Assembly: GCF_000341895.1 (NCBI RefSeq)
Contig: NC_020409.1
Coordinates: 3,482,411-3,514,410, forward strand
From: Pseudodesulfovibrio piezophilus C1TLV30
GTDB taxonomy: Bacteria; Desulfobacterota; Desulfovibrionia; Desulfovibrionales; Desulfovibrionaceae
DNA length: 32,000 nt
Reading direction: 5' to 3'
The notes below the pieces were generated by a model. The model was given only the letters and a program-made list of their open reading frames with translations, was not told the origin of the DNA and made no database searches. Every line of letters starts with the position of its first letter. The first letter of the stretch is position 1. Positions 1 through 7,778 of the stretch are shown here, one piece after another. The translations under genes were made by a program, and so were the position numbers.

Positions 1-3
1 TGT

Positions 4-651
4 ATGAAAACCATAACCTTGCTCGCACAAAAGGGTGGAACCGGGGAAACGATCCTTTCAATCCATTTGGCAACGGCAGCCGCCAATCGTCGGTACTCTG
101 TTCTGACAGTCGATATTGATCCCCAGGGCAGTTCTTTTTTTTGGAGTCAACGGCGGCAAAGAGGGTTTCCAGGAGTTGTCAAATACTCGATCCGTGAATT
201 GAGAAAAAACATGGCAACAATCGCACGTGAGGTCGACTTGATGATTCTCGATACACCTTCGCACTCAAGCAGGGGCGCAGGGGATGTCGTGTCTCTTTTG
301 GATTTTGTGCTTATTCCGAGTAGGCTCACCATCCATGACTCCGTGAAGCTTGTGTGTGAAAAGGGAAAATCCGGTGCTATTGTCTTGAATTGTTGTCCGC
401 CGCCAGGTCTATTTGACGAAACCGCTTTGGTGCGCGAGGCTTGCTTGGCTTTGGAAGTCTATAAAATGCCTGTTTCTCCGGTCGCCATTTCACAACGTGC
501 CGCCTTCAGTCTTGCGCTTATCGACGGTAGGGCCGTAACTGAGTTTGAAAAGAAAGGTAAGGCCGCAGGGGAAATCAAGACATTATGGGGTTGGATAAAA
601 AAGGAGTTGGCCAATGGTGAGCAGAGCTCAATTAACGTTGTTGCCTGTTGA
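4..651 (+). CDS. ParA/Soj/MinD-family partition-type ATPase homologue with degenerate Walker A (KGGTGET); possibly inactive or decaying
   Basis: 215-aa ORF. MKTITLLAQKGGTGET...VLTVDIDPQGSS, LMILDTPS and DFVLIPS follow the layout of small plasmid/ICE ParA proteins. The P-loop Lys codon is GAA (Glu) at 46-48. Confidence 0.7.
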   Translation: MKTITLLAQKGGTGETILSIHLATAAANRRYSVLTVDIDPQGSSFFWSQRRQRGFPGVVKYSIRELRKNMATIAREVDLMILDTPSHSSRGAGDVVSLLDFVLIPSRLTIHDSVKLVCEKGKSGAIVLNCCPPPGLFDETALVREACLALEVYKMPVSPVAISQRAAFSLALIDGRAVTEFEKKGKAAGEIKTLWGWIKKELANGEQSSINVVAC

Positions 652-844
652 TCAAGGCAGGGATAGTCTTCCTCGTAGAACGACTCGAGAGAGTTCCCTG
701 GTTGGGGGTGCTCAGCGCGGGGACAGTCCTGCGAATGTCGAGCCTACTGTGTCCCGGTTAACTCGGAAGCGGATGTTCAAAACGGGATTGGTCTTGGCGT
801 TAAGCGTTGTTTCATTGATTTTGTTTCGGAGAAAACTCTTTTGA
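614..844 (+). CDS. Hypothetical small protein (76 aa): Arg-rich N-terminal part plus C-terminal hydrophobic helix. Alternatively only a 23-aa peptide starting at ATG 773.
   Basis: ORF overlaps the parA-like 3' end by 38 nt. C-terminus is MFKTGLVLALSVVSLILFRRKLF. I recognise no homology and there is no strong SD. Confidence 0.2.
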   Translation: MVSRAQLTLLPVDQGRDSLPRRTTRESSLVGGAQRGDSPANVEPTVSRLTRKRMFKTGLVLALSVVSLILFRRKLF

Positions 845-975
845 TAAAGAGATTCCGTGTTCTTCGGTCTTGAATCACTGAAGAAGTGCTGAAAGGTGTC
901 GGTGTTCTCCATATGTAATGGAATGCGTGTCCTTAAACCTCTGAGTATTTTGCATCTCGGAAATGAGTAGCTGCC

Positions 976-1626
976 ATGAAATATTTTGCTCTTCTTTTAG
1001 TGCCCATTCTGGCTATTTCCCTCTGCTCTCAATGCCTTGCGGAAGTGCCTGCCGGTGTTTTTTATAAGGTTATCAAGTCGGAAAGGGTGGAGTCCGGCGT
1101 TTGTGCTCTTGATATCGAGATCAATAAAAAAGTCGATAAGATCGGATTGGCTGGTCTTGCTGACCATTTACGTAACAGGGAACCTGTTGTGTATGAAGAT
1201 ATGTGCATTAATTTTTATCTTGAAGGTGAACATCTTGCCAATGGGGCGTGGGCTGTTGCGCGGTTCTCCCCGGAGCTGAAAGTGAAGGTGCTTGGTCTAT
1301 CGCTTGAAGATGAAAAAAAAATCATGAGCCAATCGCTTCCCATAGCAGGAGAGATCCTCGGGCAATGGCTCAACGAATTGCCTCATCTGGGGTCTTTGTA
1401 TACATTGATTCGTCATGAAAAGACTTATTCTCTTGTGCGTATGTTCCCGGATGGCAGGCGGGATATTTCCAGTTTAATGATGGTCAGTGAGGATGGGAGA
1501 CAGTCGTTTGCTGAAGCGGGAGATGCTCAGGAAGGCAAATCGTATCAAATAACGACTCACGGGGATTTGGAAATCAAGATTGGCGAGAGGGAGCTTATGA
1601 CGTTAAGCCCGGTTCACTCTCATTGA
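976..1626 (+). CDS. Hypothetical exported protein (Sec-type signal peptide)
   Basis: 216-aa ORF. N-terminus MKYFALLLVPILAISLCSQCLA/EVP looks like a cleavable signal peptide. No family recognised. Confidence 0.6.
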   Translation: MKYFALLLVPILAISLCSQCLAEVPAGVFYKVIKSERVESGVCALDIEINKKVDKIGLAGLADHLRNREPVVYEDMCINFYLEGEHLANGAWAVARFSPELKVKVLGLSLEDEKKIMSQSLPIAGEILGQWLNELPHLGSLYTLIRHEKTYSLVRMFPDGRRDISSLMMVSEDGRQSFAEAGDAQEGKSYQITTHGDLEIKIGERELMTLSPVHSH

Positions 1627-1769
1627 TATTTTGGCTGTATCGCCGAAAGGGACACACAGCTTTGTTTATGATAGCGGCTTTTTCTGCTTCTCACAAGAAT
1701 GAGGAACATACTGTTTTCAAGAAAGGGCTTCGGCGCTTTTCCTCATCTGTTCTTGTACGAGGAAAGAGA

Positions 1770-2429
1770 TCAGTTGCCATGCACTTTTCTCAATATGGCA
1801 GCCGGGTTGCCGATAACAACCGTGTTTGGCGGGACATCATGAATGACAATTGCCCCCATTCCGACAAGGCTTTCAGTGCCGACTGTGAGATTGCTTCGTA
1901 TGGCTGAGTTTGCACCGATATAGACAGAATCAGCAAGTGAACAGTTGCCGTTGATGCAGGCTCCTCCGGCTATACAGCTATAGTCCCCCACTGAGGTGTC
2001 ATGGCTCACAACCGCATGAGGCAGCATGATGACATGATTCCCGATTATGACGTCCGATGCGACAGTGGCATTGGGGAGCAGGACTGTCCCTGCGCCGATA
2101 TTTGCCGTTGCTGAAACAGATGCGGTGGGGTGGATGATTGACTCAAATTGTTCAATCGGTATTCGAGTTTTCTCCAGTATCGCTTTCTTTCTGTAAAAAT
2201 TGAATTCACTTCCTATCCCATTGACAAAATAAGCTTCAGAGAAGCGTACTGCGTCTTCCAGTTTTCCGAGAACTGGTTTTCCGTGAATCAGTTGTGCATG
2301 GATTTCGCAGTTGTCGTCAAGAAACCCCAAAACATTATAGGTGCTCTTAAAGGCATTGATGACGTTGATCGTGTCAAGAATATCTCGGCAGTTGCCACCA
2401 GTGCCGAGTATTATGATGTCTTTTACCAT
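1770..2429 (-). CDS. NeuD/PglD-family sugar acetyltransferase (hexapeptide-repeat left-handed beta-helix)
   Basis: 219 aa. N-terminal Rossmann-like IIILGTGGNCRDILD, C-terminal imperfect hexapeptide repeats (IGAGTVLLPNATVASDVIIGNHVIM...IGANSAIRSNLTVG) and a GNPA tail. Confidence 0.8.
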   Translation of the reverse strand: MVKDIIILGTGGNCRDILDTINVINAFKSTYNVLGFLDDNCEIHAQLIHGKPVLGKLEDAVRFSEAYFVNGIGSEFNFYRKKAILEKTRIPIEQFESIIHPTASVSATANIGAGTVLLPNATVASDVIIGNHVIMLPHAVVSHDTSVGDYSCIAGGACINGNCSLADSVYIGANSAIRSNLTVGTESLVGMGAIVIHDVPPNTVVIGNPAAILRKVHGN

Positions 2430-2690
2430 GGCCTGCCCTTTGTGCTGGATTTCATTGGGGATGAAAGGGAGTAGAATCCTTCCTGATCATGCTTGAGTGT
2501 CAAGTATGACGGGCTACGCATGTTTTTTCAAGTCAAACAGACTCTCTAGTCAACATTAAGGTCGTCTTTGAATGGAGTGAGGGAGGATTTTTACTTTCTT
2601 GTGAGGAGATGTCTTGCAGGTCTCGGGATACCTGAGTCTCCTGATTTGGCGAGGCCCGTGATAAGAGGCAGGTATACCGATTTACTCAAG

Positions 2691-2728
2691 AAAAAAGGGT
2701 TGTAGCTTTTGAGCTACAACCCTTTTTT
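2691..2728 (-). terminator. Rho-independent terminator downstream of tRNA-Leu, symmetric (A6/T6 flanks) so potentially bidirectional
   Basis: Perfect 10-bp stem GGGTTGTAGC/GCTACAACCC (2697-2706 and 2713-2722) with a 6-nt loop, flanked by AAAAAA and TTTTTT. Confidence 0.7.
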
Positions 2729-2734
2729 CTTGAC

Positions 2735-2821
2735 TGGTGCCGAAGAGAAGACTCGAACTTCCACGGTCGTTAAACCACATGAACCTGAATCATGCGTGTC
2801 TACCAATTCCACCACTTCGGC
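2735..2821 (-). tRNA. tRNA-Leu (anticodon CAG), class II with long variable arm, CCA encoded
   Basis: Reverse complement reads GCCGAAGTGGTGGAATTGGTAGACACGCATGATTCAGGTTCATGTGGTTTAACGACCGTGGAAGTTCGAGTCTTCTCTTCGGCACCA. Acceptor is GCCGAAG/CTTCGGC, anticodon loop TTCAGGT, T-loop GTTCGAGTC. Very close to E. coli tRNA-Leu(CAG). Confidence 0.95.
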
Positions 2822-2839
2822 ACGTTCAGAGCGAAGAGG

Positions 2840-2868
2840 CTTATATATGGGCCATATCCAATTAGCAA
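2840..2868 (-). promoter_or_regulatory. Candidate sigma70-type promoter for tRNA-Leu (TTGCTA-17 nt-TATAAG)
   Basis: On the minus strand, -35 TTGCTA (2868-2863) and -10 TATAAG (2845-2840) with a 17-nt spacer. The -10 lies 18 nt upstream of the mature tRNA 5' end. Confidence 0.4.
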
Positions 2869-3321
2869 GTCTTTTTTATGTTTTCTTGTTTCAGAGAATT
2901 ACAAAAACATGGTGGCATATCAGAACAGCAGTTCATGAAGCGAGCGCTGGGTGGAAACGAGAAAGGCTTCTTGGGATGTCCCGCGAAGCCTTTTGATTCT
3001 CGTGTGCAAAAAAAGGAAGATATTTGTCTTTAGCAATGCTTGTGCCAAAATTTGACTTTCTTTTTTATAAAAATAAAACCCAATTATCCTAGCTATTAAC
3101 GTGATTTTTTATCTCTACGACCAGATGATACCATAATAAAACTGGACAAAAAATTTGAACATTGGGCTTGGTTCCGCCGAATCAGTTGCATTTTTTGAAC
3201 TCCCACTTTCTTGAAGGGCAGGGTGCGCCCTCACCAGAAGACCGTTTTCATGGAAGGATCAGTGTTTCAATCTTGATAACACTGGGAAAACTCTTTAGGT
3301 TTCGCATGAATGGAGAGTGAA

Positions 3322-4227
3322 ATGGAAAATTTTGTATTGCTGGGTGTCTGTTTCCTCCTTGGGGTGGTGCTCCGTAGGGGAAAGATTGTTGACGAGAAAG
3401 GGGTCGTCGCTCTCAACGGGATTATCATTCACGTTTCGCTTCCTGCATTGGCTCTTTTGTATACCCATTCTCTGCCTGTGGGCCCGGAATTGCTCATACC
3501 TGCGGCCATGGCCTGGATTCTTTTCGGCGTCGGTTTGCTTGTGTTTTACGGCATTGGGAAAGTGTTTGGACTGGACAGAAAGACCATCACCTGCCTCACT
3601 CTTTGTGCCGGGTTAGGCAATACTTCTTTTGTTGGATTGCCTATGATCGAAGCCTTTTACGGACGGGAGTTTCTTGGGGTCGGGATGCTTTGCGATACAG
3701 CCGGAACATTTATGGCTCTCGCCATTCCCGGTATTATTTTGGCTGCTCGAGCCTCTGGCCACAATATTGCTGGGTGGCATGTGGCAAAAAAAGTTCTTCT
3801 TTTTCCTCCTTTTTTTGCCGTTGCCTTTGGATTCGCCATGCAATCGGTTGAGTATCCCGGTTGGTTTGAGTCTGTTCTTTCCCGGCTTGGCAGTACCTTG
3901 ACTCCGCTTGCTTTGCTCTCTGTGGGAATGACTCTGCGCTTTGAAGACTTGAGAGGAAATGGGAGATCCCTTGCAATCGGTTTGGGGTACAAACTCTTTG
4001 CTGCTCCACTTCTTATAGGTTTCCTGTATATGGGGATACTTGGGAACGAAGATATGATTACTCGGGTAACTGTCTTTGAAGCCGCCATGGGGCCAATGAT
4101 AACAGGTGGTATAATTGCCATGACCTATGGGCTGAACCCTCGTCTGGCATCGGCCTTGCTCGGAGTTGGTATCCCCATGTCCTTTTTGACTGTCCCGCTT
4201 TGGTACTTCCTCTTGGGACTCATTTAA
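3322..4227 (+). CDS. AEC (auxin efflux carrier) family membrane permease
   Basis: Polytopic hydrophobic ORF of about 300 aa with an AEC-like two-half architecture. Start set at ATG 3322 (GGAGAG SD at 3312-3317); an in-frame ATG at 3310 is also possible. Confidence 0.75.
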   Translation: MENFVLLGVCFLLGVVLRRGKIVDEKGVVALNGIIIHVSLPALALLYTHSLPVGPELLIPAAMAWILFGVGLLVFYGIGKVFGLDRKTITCLTLCAGLGNTSFVGLPMIEAFYGREFLGVGMLCDTAGTFMALAIPGIILAARASGHNIAGWHVAKKVLLFPPFFAVAFGFAMQSVEYPGWFESVLSRLGSTLTPLALLSVGMTLRFEDLRGNGRSLAIGLGYKLFAAPLLIGFLYMGILGNEDMITRVTVFEAAMGPMITGGIIAMTYGLNPRLASALLGVGIPMSFLTVPLWYFLLGLI

Positions 4228-4290
4228 TATTCACGACCCCTTGATTCCTGTCTCTTTCGAGTCTACGCTTGATAAAAGTATGGAGTTTCA

Positions 4291-4947
4291 ATGAAAATCG
4301 GTATTCTTGGCGGGAGTTTCAATCCCATTCACATCGGTCACATCCGAATGGGGATCGAGGTATTGGAAAGGCTGGGACTCGACAGAGTTGAATTGGTCCC
4401 TGCCAAACGTCCACCCCACAAAGATGGGAGTGATATCCTGCCCTTTGATTTGCGGTTGGAACTTGTAGAGAGGGCCATTGTTGGCATTCCTGGCTTGGGG
4501 AGCAATGCGCTGGAGGGGGAGCGGGCCGGACCTTCATTCACCTGTGATACGCTGCATTGCTATCAGTCCCGACAACCCAAGTCGAAGATATCGTTCATAC
4601 TCGGTGCCTCCACCTTTCTTGAGTTGCCATCATGGCGACGCGGGGTGGAAATTCCCGAGATGGCTTCACTTGTCGTGGTCAATCGTTGGACAGCCTCGGA
4701 CAAAGTTGCCGGGTTCATCGCTGATCACTGGCCTGGCGCAGAGCCTCAGGGTGAAGGAAAATGGGTTTTCTCGACGGGGCAAACGATTGATTTGCTCGAT
4801 ATCCCGCGTATGGATATCAAAGCTGGGCATATCCGGCGGCGGTGGCTGGAAAAAAGGAATTTGCGCTTTCTCGTTCCTCAAGCAGTTGAGGCTGTTCTCG
4901 AAGAAAAGGCTGCACTGGTGGAAGAGTCTTGGGGAAAGCGTCGTTGA
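4291..4947 (+). CDS. nadD: Nicotinate-nucleotide adenylyltransferase
   Basis: MKIGILGGSFNPIHIGH nucleotidyltransferase (H/T)xGH motif; length 218 aa. Confidence 0.9.
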   Translation: MKIGILGGSFNPIHIGHIRMGIEVLERLGLDRVELVPAKRPPHKDGSDILPFDLRLELVERAIVGIPGLGSNALEGERAGPSFTCDTLHCYQSRQPKSKISFILGASTFLELPSWRRGVEIPEMASLVVVNRWTASDKVAGFIADHWPGAEPQGEGKWVFSTGQTIDLLDIPRMDIKAGHIRRRWLEKRNLRFLVPQAVEAVLEEKAALVEESWGKRR

Positions 4948-4957
4948 TCTGCCATTC

Positions 4958-5977
4958 TCAGACAGCATGGCCTGTCATCTGCAGGACTGTGGCGAACACT
5001 TCTTTGGGTGAGATTCCAGACAGGCAATCAAAGCCTTCAGGACATTCTCTGCTCCCATGGAGTGAGCAAGGGCGGCAGGGGATGTTTTTTTCCAAAACTC
5101 GATCTTTTGGGCCGGATGGGTAGAAGCCCCACGCCTTGGCGGTTGGACCAAAGAGGGCTGCGACCGGTGTTCCCACGCCACAGGCAAGATGCATTGGGCC
5201 AGAGTCGCCTGTAACCAGGATGTCCGCTTCTTTGAGAAGAGCACATGTCTGTCTGAGGTCAGTCCGATTCGTGTAGTCTCGATTATCACCACCTCGAAGA
5301 GGCACGGCATCTCTGCCGGTTATGACCCAATTGATGCCTGATGCATCCAGGAGCTGTATCAGGGAGTTCCAGTGTTCTCTGGGCCACTGCTTGGCAGGGT
5401 GCGTGGCATAAGGATGCAGGGCGACAAGGGGGGCATTGGCAATTTTTTCGGTCAAAGTGCGGTGTGCATCCTTTTGTTCGTCATCAGTCAAATAGATTTC
5501 AGGGACGAGTTTGTCGGGAGTCGGCGGTTTTTCTCCCAAGGCCATGGCATACCTCTGGGGGACATTGGTCGCTTCGAGGATGCGGCGAAACCGTGACATG
5601 TGTGTTTTGTCATACAGCCTTCGGGTCATACCGAATTTAGGGTAACGTTGAACGGGACCCTTCCAGAAAAAAGAGAGTATTCTGGAGCGTAAGGTTCCGT
5701 GCAGGTCAATGAGACGGTGGCCTGTATATTCCGAGGCCAACTCTCTCGCCTGTCTGATCCAGGCTTTCGTGTTCAATGACTCATTGGGCAGCGTTCTTAT
5801 TCCGGCGATCGCCGGATGGTTTTCAAGGAGTGAGGCGTTCATGACACGGGTGATAAAAATGAATGAATCACAGCGGGTTCTGTGCCAATGGGAAAGGACT
5901 CCAGTGGTTAATGCGACGTCCCCCATGTGACTGAGTCTGACTATGACTGCGGGTTTTTTACTCGTGCTTGATTTCAT
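4958..5977 (-). CDS. Glycosyltransferase family 9 (LPS heptosyltransferase-like)
   Basis: N-terminal VIVRLSHMGDVALTTGVL and C-terminal TGDSGPMHLACGVGTPVAALFGPT are typical of GT9. Confidence 0.85.
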   Translation of the reverse strand: MKSSTSKKPAVIVRLSHMGDVALTTGVLSHWHRTRCDSFIFITRVMNASLLENHPAIAGIRTLPNESLNTKAWIRQARELASEYTGHRLIDLHGTLRSRILSFFWKGPVQRYPKFGMTRRLYDKTHMSRFRRILEATNVPQRYAMALGEKPPTPDKLVPEIYLTDDEQKDAHRTLTEKIANAPLVALHPYATHPAKQWPREHWNSLIQLLDASGINWVITGRDAVPLRGGDNRDYTNRTDLRQTCALLKEADILVTGDSGPMHLACGVGTPVAALFGPTAKAWGFYPSGPKDRVLEKNIPCRPCSLHGSRECPEGFDCLSGISPKEVFATVLQMTGHAV

Positions 5978-6107
5978 GACTCTGAGTTCGCCTCAAATGT
6001 CGCGGAAGTCAAGGCTGATGTGTGTTGCGCCATGTGTTTCCATCTGCTATATTTGACTATCCAGACTCCGGCATGAACCGGACTGGGTGAGGAAGTGAAT
6101 AAATCAG

Positions 6108-7169
6108 ATGTTACAACTCATTCTCGCAGTCGGCGTTGCCGTCTTCGTTTCCATGTTTTGCTCTGTAGCCGAGGCCGCACTGTATTCGCTCAGTTGGGCG
6201 GATATTGAAAAACTCAAGACCTCAGGGCGCAGGTCGGCAAAGGTTCTTCAAAAACTTCGCATGAATGTCGATGAGCCTATTACCGCCATCCTGACTCTGA
6301 ATACATGTGCACATACGGCTGGCGCAGCTGTAGCAGGCTGGGCTTGGGCCAATTTGTATGGAGAAAAAACACTTTGGGCCTTTACAGTTGGCTTTACAGT
6401 AATTATTCTCATCTTCACAGAAATACTGCCCAAGACATTAGGGGTCATTTACAGTGACCGTATCGCTCCGCCTTTGGCCAGGCCTCTCAGTGGACTTGTC
6501 GTTCTTTTCATTCCTGTTATCCGGTTCATGAGAATTCTCTCAAGTATGGTAAGCAAGAAAGAGAAGGGAGGGCCGGACCATACAGAAGATGACATCAGGG
6601 CAATCGTGGCCCTGACACGTCGTTCCGGGTCCATCAAGCCGTATGAAGAGCAGTCCATTACCAATATACTGCTGCTGGATACGAAAACGGTGGAAGATAT
6701 CATGACTCCCAGGACCGTGGTCTTTTCCATGCCTGGAGATTTGACGGTGGCAGAGGCGAGGGAAAAATATCCTGATTGGCCACATAGCCGCATCCCCGTC
6801 TACGATGAAGACCCGGAAGATGTGATCGGCGTAGTCTATAGAAGGTTGGTACTTGAAGCTCTGGCTGACGGACGTGACAATCTCAAGTTGAGTGACATTA
6901 TGCGGCCAGTCCGCTTTGTCATGGAAACGATCACGCTTGATAAATTGTTGGTAAAATTTTTGGGGAGCAGGCTTCACCTCTGCGTTGTTCTCGACGAATA
7001 TGGAGGAGTGGCCGGAGTCGTGACTTTGGAAGATGTTTTGGAAGAAATTTTGGGAAGCGAAATTGTTGACGAGACCGACAGAGTGGTGGATATGCGTGAG
7101 CTGGCCCGCCAACAGCGGAATGAGTTGGCAGGACGTCGCTTGGTAGACGGCGGAACGAACGACAAATAG
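6108..7169 (+). CDS. CNNM/DUF21 + CBS-pair transporter (HlyC/CorC family, short form without an obvious C-terminal CorC domain)
   Basis: N-terminal 4-TM DUF21-like region (FTEILPKTLG) followed by tandem CBS-like segments (VEDIMTPRT..., LSDIMRP...). Ends soon after LEDVLEEILGSEIVDETD. Confidence 0.85.
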   Translation: MLQLILAVGVAVFVSMFCSVAEAALYSLSWADIEKLKTSGRRSAKVLQKLRMNVDEPITAILTLNTCAHTAGAAVAGWAWANLYGEKTLWAFTVGFTVIILIFTEILPKTLGVIYSDRIAPPLARPLSGLVVLFIPVIRFMRILSSMVSKKEKGGPDHTEDDIRAIVALTRRSGSIKPYEEQSITNILLLDTKTVEDIMTPRTVVFSMPGDLTVAEAREKYPDWPHSRIPVYDEDPEDVIGVVYRRLVLEALADGRDNLKLSDIMRPVRFVMETITLDKLLVKFLGSRLHLCVVLDEYGGVAGVVTLEDVLEEILGSEIVDETDRVVDMRELARQQRNELAGRRLVDGGTNDK

Positions 7170-7195
7170 AGTGCCCGGCGCACTAAGGATCAATC

Positions 7196-7639
7196 ATGGC
7201 GAAAAGCAACGGTAAAACAGTATATGCGGTGGCTCTCATGCTCTTCCTGGGAGGGCTTGGCTATCTCATCTTCTCTGGACTGACCGAAGACAGTGTTTAT
7301 TTTCTCAATGTCTCGGAAGCGTTGGCCGGTGATCGAACTCAAATCAAGCAGGCTCGCCTCTTCGGCAAAGTCTCTCCGGACGATCTTATCATAGCGGAAG
7401 GTAAGCTCGGGGCATCTTTTGACCTCATAGACAAGATGGAAGACGACAAATCCTTGCGTGTCGACTTCAAGGGGGCACTCCCCGATACTTTTGCGGATGA
7501 TGCGGAAGTGATTGTGGAAGGTTCTTTTTCTCCTGATGGCGAGGTTTTTGTCGCTCGAACTTTGGTCACGAAGTGTCCGTCAAAATACGAGGAACAAAGC
7601 AGGGAGATGGAGTTGGAGAAGGACAAGAGGAAAAGTTAA
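7196..7639 (+). CDS. ccmE: Cytochrome c maturation heme chaperone CcmE, Cys-type (CxxxY) variant
   Basis: 147 aa with an N-terminal TM anchor and an OB-fold-like body (FRVDFKG-type, VIVEGSF). The C-terminal motif is TKCPSKY in place of the canonical HxxxY. Confidence 0.9.
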   Translation: MAKSNGKTVYAVALMLFLGGLGYLIFSGLTEDSVYFLNVSEALAGDRTQIKQARLFGKVSPDDLIIAEGKLGASFDLIDKMEDDKSLRVDFKGALPDTFADDAEVIVEGSFSPDGEVFVARTLVTKCPSKYEEQSREMELEKDKRKS

Positions 7640-7778
7640 GCCGATAGTGAAAAAATATTCACATGGTTGCATGGCTTTTCCGACTCATTCTATCACCAAC
7701 TCGATTCGATCATGGTTTCGACCGTGCCAACGTACGGTCAGGCTGTAGACCAGCACGACGTATTTTTAAGGAGCACAT

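Noticed and set aside
1700-1760. AAAGGGC-TTCG-GCGCTTT hairpin between the convergent exported-protein and acetyltransferase genes, as a terminator
   Set aside because: The stem has an internal G-G mismatch and only 3-4 stable pairs, which is too weak to call.
2709-2996. 95-aa plus-strand ORF
   Set aside because: It overlaps tRNA-Leu and its terminator and promoter, so it is not plausible as coding sequence.
3052-3079. TTGACT-16 nt-TAAAAC in the AT-rich 3050-3160 stretch, as a promoter for the AEC permease
   Set aside because: The -10 is weak, and in such AT-rich DNA hexamer matches are expected by chance. Kept only as a note.
3168-3190. TGG...TTGCA pair upstream of the AEC permease, considered as a sigma54 -24/-12 promoter
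   Set aside because: The GG and GC elements are about 17 nt apart instead of the required 10 nt.
3317-4121. Cluster of six alternative-frame ORFs of 75-154 aa inside the AEC permease gene
   Set aside because: Hydrophobic, T/C/G-rich codons of a membrane protein suppress stop codons in the other frames. Only the 3310/3322-4227 frame gives a coherent polytopic permease.
6540-7193. 217-aa minus-strand ORF
   Set aside because: Antisense shadow of the CNNM/CBS transporter gene.
7647-7662. Palindrome GTGAA-N6-TTCAC in the 139-nt ccmE-ccmF gap, considered as a Rex or CRP/FNR-family (HcpR-like) operator
   Set aside because: The half-site spacing does not fit Rex (TTGTGAA-N4-TTCACAA) or CRP/FNR (TGTGA-N6-TCACA) registers, and the A/T-rich centre makes a chance match likely.
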